A stretch of DNA of 53,444 nt from NCBI GenBank assembly GCA_028692635.1, contig JAQUWX010000002.1, forward strand, positions 1 to 53,444. Direction: 5' to 3'. A program made the position numbers and the translations under genes. Shown piece after piece: positions 1 through 7,434 of the stretch (positions within the stretch are counted from its first letter, which is position 1; each line of letters begins with the position of its first letter). Under the pieces are notes generated by a model that saw nothing but the letters and a program-made list of their open reading frames with translations, searched no databases and had not been told where the DNA came from. This stretch comes from Alphaproteobacteria bacterium. GTDB taxonomy: Bacteria > Pseudomonadota > Alphaproteobacteria > UBA9219.

Positions 1-84
1 ATAGCCGATCTTCCAGCGCTTTCGTCAGCGGAGGGGTGATGGAAAGTACTGTTAAGTTGCTTGCCAACACGGTGCGGAACAACA

Positions 85-432
85 CTATCCGATAATGAGA
101 TTGCCTCTTATCACAGCGTTACGTCTTTCTTCGGTATATTTGAGCCTACCATAGGCTTTAAGCTGGCGGCTGATTTCCTTTTCCATCGTTCCCCTTAAGG
201 CTGCCTCAACCTTAATGTCCAAGATGTTCGATAGAGAAAAAATCCACGCGAGAGCGTCGCCAATCTCGCCTTCGATATGCTCCTTGCTTTTCTTCTTTCT
301 TATGCCGGAGACAATTTCTCCCACCTCCTCAACGAACCAGAGGAGAGATTTATCAAGCTCGTAACGCCCATACAATTTCAGCGCCGTTTGCTGTAGCTCT
401 TCAATGTTTTTTTGTTGAATGTGTGTGCTCAT
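85..432 (-). CDS. MazG-like all-alpha nucleoside triphosphate pyrophosphohydrolase
   Basis: 115-aa ORF. Acidic helices FVEEVGEIV and EGEIGDALAWIF are typical of MazG/HisE-fold NTP pyrophosphatases. It is the last gene of a tightly spaced minus-strand operon. Confidence 0.75.
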   Translation of the reverse strand: MSTHIQQKNIEELQQTALKLYGRYELDKSLLWFVEEVGEIVSGIRKKKSKEHIEGEIGDALAWIFSLSNILDIKVEAALRGTMEKEISRQLKAYGRLKYTEERRNAVIRGNLIIG

Positions 433-439
433 TTTATCC

Positions 440-1027
440 TCACGATAATAATTTAATCTGCAATCCTTCGTTCAGCCCTAAAATCTCTTGGGCTGATTCT
501 TCCGTAATGTCGGAAAGCAAAAGCTTGCCAAGCTGCCGATAGGTCGCTTCGTTTTCTTCAAAACAAGCCAGAAAAACAGAGCGCATTTTCTCAACCTCGG
601 CGGACATGCTTTCAAGAATGCTTTGCTCTTTGATGTAGGCTCTCGCCCAACTGTTAAGCCGCAATTGCTTTGTTTTTTCGTTGGGCAAAGCAAACTTCTT
701 AGCTGCGTTGAACCTGTAAAGAAGGTGCGCCGCGCCCAAAAGAACGGCCAGCTTGTGGCCATATCTTCCTTCGATATGAGGGAAACCACTCATGGCAAGA
801 AGCATGAAAACGCTGGCATCCCCAAAAATATAGAAGAAGTAGCGGTTGGGCAGCTTCTCCCGAATTGTCTCGTCAATGACGTAGAGAGCAATCAGGAAAA
901 GCCACTCGTCGCGTTGAAGCTGCTTGGCTTCATCTTCTCCAGCCAATAAATTGAGTTTGTCTAATCTTTCTCCGGGGTCAAAATCATCCAGACTGATAAG
1001 AAAGTCTTGCGTTGAATTATCGTCCAT
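440..1027 (-). CDS. hypothetical protein (no recognisable domain)
   Basis: 195-aa ORF in the operon, 7 bp from the MazG-like gene and 12 bp from the PurM-like gene. The competing antisense ORFs are shorter. Confidence 0.55.
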   Translation of the reverse strand: MDDNSTQDFLISLDDFDPGERLDKLNLLAGEDEAKQLQRDEWLFLIALYVIDETIREKLPNRYFFYIFGDASVFMLLAMSGFPHIEGRYGHKLAVLLGAAHLLYRFNAAKKFALPNEKTKQLRLNSWARAYIKEQSILESMSAEVEKMRSVFLACFEENEATYRQLGKLLLSDITEESAQEILGLNEGLQIKLLS

Positions 1028-1039
1028 AAAATACCCTTC

Positions 1040-2215
1040 CTAATATGTTAGCTCTTCCCCTCTGGTCTTGATGGTCAAAGAGTTGCGTTCGGTTCTTTTG
1101 GGCAGAACTTCTCCGATCACCTTTGCATCAATCCCGTATTCCTTGGCTATGGCTATGACCGACTGCGCAATTTTCGCCGTCGTGTAAATTTCATAGCGAA
1201 TGCCCATGTTGAAAACCTTGCAGGCTTCCTGCAAAGAAATGTTCCCTGTATCGAGAAGGGCTTGGAAGATGGGAGGCGCTTCAAAAAGGTCGCTTTTGAC
1301 GTAATGAAGGCCGCGCCCAAAGTGCAGCGATTTTGTTAGCCCGCCGCCGGAACAGTGAATGATGCCGGAAATGTCCCGTCTGTGCCGTTTGAGAACCTCA
1401 TCCACTACAGGCAGATACGTCCGTGTCGGGGATAAAAGAGCATCGCCAACCGTCATGCCATTTCCATTCGGCAAAAGATCGTCAAGCGCATATTTTCCCT
1501 GAAACACCAGTTCGTCGGGAATTGTTGCCGAAAAGGTTTCTGGGTATTTCTCGGCATACTCATGTTTCAAGAGCAGATGCCGCGCCCGTGAGAAACCATT
1601 TGAGCCGATACCGGAATTGTAGCTTTTCTCATAAACAGCCTTGCCGAAGGAAGCGAGGCCAACGATCACATTTCCCGGCTTAATGTTCGAGGCATCAATA
1701 ACATCTTTGCGCGGAAGGCGGACAAACACCGTCGAGTCGACAATGACTGTTTCTACAAGATCGCCAACATCCGCAGTTTCGCCGCCAGCCATTATGATTC
1801 TGCAGCCGTGCTCTTTGAGATTATCGACGACGTCCTGATAACCTTCAATGATGTTAGTCAAAATCTCTTTATTCACGCGATGGGCGTTACGGCCAATTGT
1901 ATTTGAGAAAACAAAGTCATTTGTGGCCCCCACGCAAGCCATGTCGTCCAAGTTCATAATGGCCGAATCTTGAGCTATGCCCCTAAACACGGAGGCGTCG
2001 CCATATTCTTTATAGTGGATGTACGCAATGGTTGATTTTGTTCCGGCCCCGTCCGCATGAATTACGGAACAATAATCGGGATCGCCAGCAACGTCCTCGA
2101 CGACTTTACAGAAAGCGCCGGGATAAAGCCCAGCGGATTGGCTTTTAATCGCATCTTTGACGTCTTCTTTCGTAGCGGACGCCCCAACTTTTTCATATCC
2201 ATCTTGTGTTGTCAT
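1040..2215 (-). CDS. purM: AIR synthase (PurM)-related protein, long Bacteroidetes-like form
   Basis: 391 aa. The segments IHADGAGTKS, GIAQDSAIMNLDDMACVGA and GGETADVGDLV plus the C-terminal domain match the roughly 390-aa PurM type as I recall it from Bacteroidetes. Confidence 0.7.
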   Translation of the reverse strand: MTTQDGYEKVGASATKEDVKDAIKSQSAGLYPGAFCKVVEDVAGDPDYCSVIHADGAGTKSTIAYIHYKEYGDASVFRGIAQDSAIMNLDDMACVGATNDFVFSNTIGRNAHRVNKEILTNIIEGYQDVVDNLKEHGCRIIMAGGETADVGDLVETVIVDSTVFVRLPRKDVIDASNIKPGNVIVGLASFGKAVYEKSYNSGIGSNGFSRARHLLLKHEYAEKYPETFSATIPDELVFQGKYALDDLLPNGNGMTVGDALLSPTRTYLPVVDEVLKRHRRDISGIIHCSGGGLTKSLHFGRGLHYVKSDLFEAPPIFQALLDTGNISLQEACKVFNMGIRYEIYTTAKIAQSVIAIAKEYGIDAKVIGEVLPKRTERNSLTIKTRGEELTY

Positions 2216-2219
2216 CTTC

Positions 2220-2906
2220 TTACTCCAATGTTGATTTCAGTCTGATTGTTTCGACGTTGCAATTGTCTCTTAGCGCAAGAACATGCTCAACTTGCTGGGC
2301 AACATCTTCAGGCTTAAGAGACAGGGGGCGATCACCCGGCTTTTTCCCATTAAAGCAGGTGTCAACGCGACCCGGCGAGATTACCGTTATTGTTATGTTC
2401 TGGCCAATTATTTCCTTTCTTACGGCCTCGGAAAGCCCCAACACGCCGAATTTGCTGGCACAATAAGCGCCTCCATCAGGAAAGCCTGTGTGATCGGCAT
2501 CGGAGGAAATGTTGATGATTCGTCCATAGTTTTGCCGCTTCATGTTTGGCAGGAAAGTTTTGATCGTTGCGTAGGTTGCAGTCAAATTGAGGTTGATAAT
2601 TTTGAGCCACATTTCCGTCTCGATATCCTCAATTTTAGAGAAGTATCCTTGCCCTGCGTTGTTGATGATAATGTCGATTTCTCCGAACCCGGGATGTTCC
2701 CGAACCAGCCGTAGCTTCTGTTCGGTTTGTTCGACATCGGCCAGATCTACCGGAATGAACCACTCATTTTCAGTTTCTACGAAAGGCATGCCTTCGGGCT
2801 TTTTGCGGCCCAAAACGACAAAGCGATAGGCCTTCTTCTGTTTGAGTTTATTATATATGGCCGAACCGATGCCGGTGCAGGCGCCTGTTAATAAGATTGT
2901 TTTCAT
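2220..2906 (-). CDS. short-chain dehydrogenase/reductase (SDR)
   Basis: 228 aa. TGACTGIGSAI Rossmann motif, NNAG, and the catalytic YCASK motif. Confidence 0.85.
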   Translation of the reverse strand: MKTILLTGACTGIGSAIYNKLKQKKAYRFVVLGRKKPEGMPFVETENEWFIPVDLADVEQTEQKLRLVREHPGFGEIDIIINNAGQGYFSKIEDIETEMWLKIINLNLTATYATIKTFLPNMKRQNYGRIINISSDADHTGFPDGGAYCASKFGVLGLSEAVRKEIIGQNITITVISPGRVDTCFNGKKPGDRPLSLKPEDVAQQVEHVLALRDNCNVETIRLKSTLE

Positions 2907-2907
2907 T

Positions 2908-3498
2908 TTATGCCGCCTTGATTGCCGATATGAGATTCATGTCGGGGCGCAATTCTTTATTTCTCCCAACCAGAACCGTGTCCGTCGTCAGAATTGTATC
3001 CAGAACGACGAGGCCTTGCCGTTTAAGGGTTGACCCCGTTTCGACACAGTCGATGCAGCAGTCATATATTGATGGGACGAACCCTTCACTTGATCCCGAC
3101 ACGACAAAAAGCTGTGTGTCATACCACCCCTTCTTCTTGAGATACTCTTTGGCAATAACGGGGTATTCCGTGACGCAGGAGGTTGGGCCTTTTTGCTGGT
3201 CAATGGGCTTGGACGGGCTTCCTATCAGACAAATCCTGTATTGGCTCCACCCCAACGCACAAAGGATAGGAAAGTCCGCTTCTCGTTCTTCAAGCCATTC
3301 CGTGGAGGCTACAGCAAAGTCGAGCCGACCTTGCTGCAGAAGCAGAGGAATATCCCTGTGCTTGAGCAGATAGGCCTCACAATCTTTGCCATTAGAGAAA
3401 TTCAGCCCATCCTGATCGACTTCATGGCCTAAGATTTTAGCAATGGCGGATAGTGACTTCTTTTTTATGTTCCCTTTGGGAAAGCCAATTTTATACAT
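2908..3498 (-). CDS. hisG: ATP phosphoribosyltransferase-like protein, short (HisZ-dependent type) form
   Basis: 196 aa. N-terminal IGFPKGN, RDIPLLLQQGRLDFAV, and the PRPP-loop-like SGSSEGFVPSIYDCCIDCVETGSTLK are collinear with short HisG. Confidence 0.75.
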   Translation of the reverse strand: MYKIGFPKGNIKKKSLSAIAKILGHEVDQDGLNFSNGKDCEAYLLKHRDIPLLLQQGRLDFAVASTEWLEEREADFPILCALGWSQYRICLIGSPSKPIDQQKGPTSCVTEYPVIAKEYLKKKGWYDTQLFVVSGSSEGFVPSIYDCCIDCVETGSTLKRQGLVVLDTILTTDTVLVGRNKELRPDMNLISAIKAA

Positions 3499-3538
3499 TT
3501 TGTCCTCGATTGTTGTCTGAAATTACTGTTCTCTTCGC

Positions 3539-4084
3539 CTAAAAAACGCTTCCGATGTTGTATTTCTCTCGTCCAGTTTGGGCCGTTTCTTCCTGTTCGC
3601 ATTTGATCTCTTCGGAAACGAGAACGCGCTGGGCGGTCTCGACTAATGAACGGACGAGGAGATTCTGTCCGCCAACCGTTTCAAAAAATGTCTCTTTGCT
3701 CATAAAGCGATTGTTGCCTCGTTGTTCCGACGAGATTTTTCCTCCGCCCGGCATGCGTCCGACGAAAACGAGTGTTTGTCCGCTCTGGTTCTGCCGATCC
3801 TTTGTCTTAACGACTGTGACAGGCTTCACGAGGCCCAGGGCGATGTTTGCGGTTTCAAACACCTCGCGCCGTGCCGCAGCCTCGGCGTCATCGTCGTCCC
3901 ATTCCACGCGACCGCCGGGCAAGACAAAGCGGTTCTTGCTTTTGATGGCCAGCACGCGGTTCTGATCGTCAAAGACAACGATCTTGACGTGCCTCGCTTC
4001 GGCATCTTCGAGCGCCTTGGGCGGATTGATCAGTCGCAGTTTCGGCGATGTCTTTGTAATCGCACTATGTTCGGATTTAGGCAT
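3539..4084 (-). CDS. NUDIX hydrolase (copy A)
   Basis: Nudix box GGRVEWDDDDAEAAARREVFETANI. The ATG at 4084 has a GAGAGG Shine-Dalgarno and forms an ATGCCTAA overlap with the upstream stop. An alternative ATG lies at 4102. Paralog at 26124-26666. Confidence 0.85.
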   Translation of the reverse strand: MPKSEHSAITKTSPKLRLINPPKALEDAEARHVKIVVFDDQNRVLAIKSKNRFVLPGGRVEWDDDDAEAAARREVFETANIALGLVKPVTVVKTKDRQNQSGQTLVFVGRMPGGGKISSEQRGNNRFMSKETFFETVGGQNLLVRSLVETAQRVLVSEEIKCEQEETAQTGREKYNIGSVF

Positions 4085-4349
4085 AACGCACCTCTCGTTC
4101 ATAAGAGGAACCGATGCCGCTCATGCGGCACTTAAGCTCAATGACGGCCAGCGCGTTGGCGAAATGCCAAAGGGCAGCTATCTCTTGATGTGTGAAGCCC
4201 TTGGCGTGGAGGTCTTGCTGTGCGCAATCACCTTTTTCCAAGGTTGTTTCAACGATTGCATCCGCCATGCGAGCAACCGGCTCAAACCTCTTGTCCGTTT
4301 TGGTCGTGATCTGATCGACGATATGGCGGGGGTGGGTGGCTTTAGACAT
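4077..4349 (-). CDS. hypothetical 90-aa protein, module core (copy A)
   Basis: Nearly identical to the paralog at 26659-26925. Translationally coupled to the NUDIX gene. Shares the motif VARMADAIVE..KGDC...L.AKGF with the 69-aa ORF at 27696-27905. Confidence 0.7.
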   Translation of the reverse strand: MSKATHPRHIVDQITTKTDKRFEPVARMADAIVETTLEKGDCAQQDLHAKGFTHQEIAALWHFANALAVIELKCRMSGIGSSYEREVRYA

Positions 4350-4698
4350 GCCCTATCTCCTTGATTTCGGAAACAGAGAGCGCCGTGCGGAAGATCCCAA
4401 TATGAGAAAACACAAGAGTGCTTTCCTTTTGTCCGCAACTGGCAGGAACGCAGACGACGGCTTCATTTTGAACAAACTGGATGCCTCGACGCGCGAAGGC
4501 CTCAACTAATGTTTTGATTGTTTCTTCCTTTGGCGAATAAACGCCGTGTTCGATATTCTTGATCGTTTCCGCCGATAGTTTGGCTTCCTTGGCAAGCTCA
4601 GCACGAGACCAACCAAGCATGCCGCGCGCAGCGCGTAGTTGCGAGGGGCCGATTGCGCTGTCTTTGAGGCGTATCTGCGTATTTTCACTGTTGGTCAT
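4342..4698 (-). CDS. XRE-family HTH regulator (copy A)
   Basis: PSQLRAARGMLGWSRAELAKEAKLSAETIKNIEHG helix-turn-helix. The ATG at 4698 forms an ATGA overlap with the upstream stop. Paralog at 26922-27278. Confidence 0.8.
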   Translation of the reverse strand: MTNSENTQIRLKDSAIGPSQLRAARGMLGWSRAELAKEAKLSAETIKNIEHGVYSPKEETIKTLVEAFARRGIQFVQNEAVVCVPASCGQKESTLVFSHIGIFRTALSVSEIKEIGHV

Positions 4699-5129
4699 TG
4701 ATACCCTCCCGCTTTTCTGTCCTCGATTTCCTCGTCGAGATATTTCAGCACCAGATCGGCCAATTGCTCCGTCGAGGCTTCCGCATAGAAGAGCCATTGC
4801 TTCCGGCGCGCCTTGCGCTGCTGGAGGCGGTCATAAAACTGGATGAGTGTTTCCCGATCTTCGGGCAATTGCGTTTCTTCGCGCTTTTGCAGCTCTTCAA
4901 CATGCATGTTGAGCGCGGCGTCGATCTTTGTTGTCCACTTGTCTTCGGCAAGCTCGATAGTCTTTTCGGGGAATGTTTGTTTGAGGTGCAGATCGCAAAA
5001 TTCGTCCATAAGTCTGGCGAGAGCGACAATTCGCTGGGCGGCTTCTTTTGATTTGGCGTTCTCGCCCTGCGAAATCATGCTTTGAAACGCCAGCATGAGG
5101 CAGAGGCGCATTTGCTCGATCTTATTCAT
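4695..5129 (-). CDS. hypothetical 144-aa protein, module core (copy A)
   Basis: MNKIEQMRLCLMLAFQSMISQGEN is conserved with 27902-28336. The track start at 5141 is a TTG, so the ATG at 5129 is preferred. Confidence 0.65.
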   Translation of the reverse strand: MNKIEQMRLCLMLAFQSMISQGENAKSKEAAQRIVALARLMDEFCDLHLKQTFPEKTIELAEDKWTTKIDAALNMHVEELQKREETQLPEDRETLIQFYDRLQQRKARRKQWLFYAEASTEQLADLVLKYLDEEIEDRKAGGYQ

Positions 5130-5442
5130 GGCAGCCTCCAATAACTAATGCCTGCGGCCAGAAACGCGACAACCCGCGCGCCAATCTCTTAATTGTGTTT
5201 AGGTCGTGCGAAGAAGGCTCTGGCAGAGGGGAATTGGCGAGATACAGGAAAGTGACCCCATGCATCTTGACGGCCTGCGTAAAACCCTCGCGCTCGGCAT
5301 CCGATGCAAAATTGTCTTGGATAATTTCGACAGCGACAGCCATTTCCGATGAGGGACAAGCCTTCGGCTTCTTCGCTGCGGCGAAAGACTTTGCTATCAG
5401 GTTGCCGTTGTTCGTCATGTAATGCCCATCGATACTGTTCAA
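5122..5442 (-). CDS. hypothetical 106-aa protein, module core (copy A)
   Basis: Paralog of 28329-28649 with the same length and a conserved C-terminus (HGVTFLYL.NSP.PEPSSH...VIGGCHE). Confidence 0.65.
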   Translation of the reverse strand: MNSIDGHYMTNNGNLIAKSFAAAKKPKACPSSEMAVAVEIIQDNFASDAEREGFTQAVKMHGVTFLYLANSPLPEPSSHDLNTIKRLARGLSRFWPQALVIGGCHE

Positions 5443-5650
5443 TCAATGAAACGAGTATCGATATCGTCGGCATTCGAAACAACGAGAGTATTTGGCCGAA
5501 TTGGTCGTTTAAAGGCCGTCAAATTGGCCGAATTTTTCTTTTGGCCTTTTCGGTCAAAATTCTGGCCGTTTTTTCTATGCCGAAAGGCAACGCCCAGCAG
5601 CTGGTGTGCCTGTGGAGAAGCGATGCAGCGTAACGATTACGGCGCACAAA

Positions 5651-5682
5651 TTTTGCCGCCAAATTTGCAAATGGCGGCAAAA
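5651..5682 (-). terminator. candidate hairpin terminator after the 5718-6473 gene
   Basis: An 11-bp perfect stem (ttttgccgcca / tggcggcaaaa) with a 10-nt loop, 36 bp beyond the stop, followed by TTTGTG on the minus strand. Confidence 0.45.
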
Positions 5683-5717
5683 AACAACAATGTCATCTTG
5701 ATTGGAAGAAGCGCGGC

Positions 5718-6473
5718 TTAGTAACAAGCCTGTCTTTTTGGCTCGTCGTAGCACTCCGGCACGGGCATGCGCTGGCCGAGATTCACCGTACCTTTTTTAG
5801 CTGGCAAGTAGGGCGTAGCTTCAAGCCAATGCTTGTCAAAATACGCGAACATCTTTTTTGCGAGTTCAGGATATTCAAGAACCATGTAGGCCGGATGGCA
5901 AAAGTGGAAGCGGTCGTCCTGATCGACGGCGAATGTGGCTTCTTCACCGTAGGCGAATTCGGAAGAGATGATGCTGGGTCGGTTTTCCGGATAAACCCTG
6001 ACTTCAAAGGAATGCGTCCCCGGCAGATATATTCTTTGATCGGACAGCAAGCATCTCACAGGAGCGACTTTGCTTAGGCTCTCCAGCCGGTCGAAATTGG
6101 TTAGACCGTTTCGTCCAGTAACCCGTGTTAGCATTTTCTGGCTACCGATACGGCAAACCAAACCCGTGCTTCTTTCCTTCAGCATCTTTTCGATGTTGGA
6201 GAAGAAGCGGTCACACCCACCAAGGCCACGAAAATCCTTAATGTTGTCGGAGCGCGGCCTCACACTGCCGTCCGGGCAGCATTCAACGCCGTTGGCATCG
6301 AAAACGCTTTGAATGTCCAGAACAATGGATTCGCGGATCGGCTGATCGTCCTCAAAAATGCGGATGGTGCCGCGCGCGACATTGGCTTCTTCGGCCAGCT
6401 TTTCACGAGACCATTTTAACAATGATCGCGCCATTCTGCTTTGCGCGCCGGTTATGAGATAAACGTCAGACAT
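5718..6473 (-). CDS. XRE-type HTH protein with a C-terminal domain of unknown function (copy A)
   Basis: 251 aa. N-terminal ITGAQSRMARSLLKWSREKLAEEANVARGTI helix-turn-helix. Paralog at 28919-29692. The C-terminal part resembles the C-terminal part of 7435-8079. Confidence 0.75.
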   Translation of the reverse strand: MSDVYLITGAQSRMARSLLKWSREKLAEEANVARGTIRIFEDDQPIRESIVLDIQSVFDANGVECCPDGSVRPRSDNIKDFRGLGGCDRFFSNIEKMLKERSTGLVCRIGSQKMLTRVTGRNGLTNFDRLESLSKVAPVRCLLSDQRIYLPGTHSFEVRVYPENRPSIISSEFAYGEEATFAVDQDDRFHFCHPAYMVLEYPELAKKMFAYFDKHWLEATPYLPAKKGTVNLGQRMPVPECYDEPKRQACY

Positions 6474-6483
6474 TTTCGTCCTA

Positions 6484-6831
6484 TCAGTTCATAATGTTGT
6501 TTATCTGCAAATCGACCAGATATTCTATGGCGTTCTGATAAAGGCGCGAGGGCAAGGCCGCTACGCTATCGACTCCAAAATGTGCGGTCATGATTTCGCC
6601 CACAATGTCCTCGCCGACCTTCTGGTCGTGCGCGATGTATGAGATCATGCCGTAGATGGCTTGCAATTCTATTTTGTTTACGGGTTCTTCATGAGCCTTG
6701 CGCAGCGCGACGAGGCCGGAAGTCAAAAGGCTTAGGTCGCCGGATGAGAACTCGCGATCTTCCATCGCTTCTCCGAAAAGGTCTTCGGCTGATTTCTGTG
6801 TTTGGGGCTTGGCTGGTTTCATTGCTGACAT
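6484..6831 (-). CDS. hypothetical 115-aa protein (copy A)
   Basis: Paralog of 29694-30032. The C-terminal motif NAIEYLVDL is shared with the adjacent 123-aa protein. Confidence 0.65.
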   Translation of the reverse strand: MSAMKPAKPQTQKSAEDLFGEAMEDREFSSGDLSLLTSGLVALRKAHEEPVNKIELQAIYGMISYIAHDQKVGEDIVGEIMTAHFGVDSVAALPSRLYQNAIEYLVDLQINNIMN

Positions 6832-6833
6832 CC

Positions 6834-7205
6834 TTACATTACGCTTTGCGTTTGGGAGGGGATGTCGAGATTGACGAGGTATTCAACGGCGCGAACAAAA
6901 TCGCATCGGCACAGGTCTTCCATTTCCTCAACGCCCATCGTTGTCAAAAACGTTCCTGTGGCAACCCAAATCTCTTGCCCCAGATGCTTGGCGCGATATT
7001 TAATCATGTCCAAGACGGCGCGCGTTTCATCGGAGCAAAGGGGCGCATTCATGCGGCGGTCGATAATGTCGTCTCCGGGGGCAACTGGGACGATCCCGTT
7101 TGCCTTATAAGGGAAGACCAAGACGGTGGCATCGCCTTCATGGAAGGTGTTATCCTGAACATACTGCTCGTCGTAACCCTTATAAGATGCATTGAAATCT
7201 AACAT
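6834..7205 (-). CDS. hypothetical 123-aa protein (copy A)
   Basis: Paralog of 30047-30415 (KYRAKHL.QEIWVATG.FLT.MGVEEM.DL.RCDFVR.VEYLV.LD). First gene of the leftward operon. Confidence 0.65.
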   Translation of the reverse strand: MLDFNASYKGYDEQYVQDNTFHEGDATVLVFPYKANGIVPVAPGDDIIDRRMNAPLCSDETRAVLDMIKYRAKHLGQEIWVATGTFLTTMGVEEMEDLCRCDFVRAVEYLVNLDIPSQTQSVM

Positions 7206-7280
7206 TCTAAATGCCCTTCCTTGTTAATTGTTGCCACAAAACAACCGTTCCCACTTAAAATGCTAACCCTTCACCATTAG

Positions 7281-7310
7281 TACCATTGACGTAGGGGTGT
7301 GTCAATGGTA
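7281..7310. promoter_or_regulatory. candidate operator: 10-bp perfect inverted repeat TACCATTGAC-N10-GTCAATGGTA
   Basis: Read directly in the 229-bp divergent intergenic region between 7205 and 7435. Confidence 0.45.
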
Positions 7311-7377
7311 TTTTAAATACTTTCGTGGTATGAAATGATTGACTATGCGAAGGAAACACACTATAAAGGTGAAGTGT

Positions 7378-7413
7378 TACCCATTTTAGGCAGAATCTTG
7401 CCTATTTTGGGTA
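7378..7413. promoter_or_regulatory. candidate operator: composite palindrome TACCCA-N4-AGGCA-N6-TGCCT-N4-TGGGTA
   Basis: Lies 21 bp upstream of the 7435 ATG. The same TACCCA / TGGGTA hexamers recur at 30599-30634 in the paralogous module. Confidence 0.5.
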
Positions 7414-7434
7414 GCTTCCCGCAAAGGAGGGAAA

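Noticed and set aside
623-5085. Numerous 60-140-aa ORFs antisense to or out of frame with the MazG-to-module genes (for example 623-949, 1423-1683, 2283-2714, 2897-3373, 3555-3965, 3722-4135, 4698-5051).
   Set aside because: Each is nested within a longer ORF that has recognisable motifs or a conserved paralog. Their translations are compositionally biased (Arg/Ser/Cys-rich), as expected for shadow ORFs.
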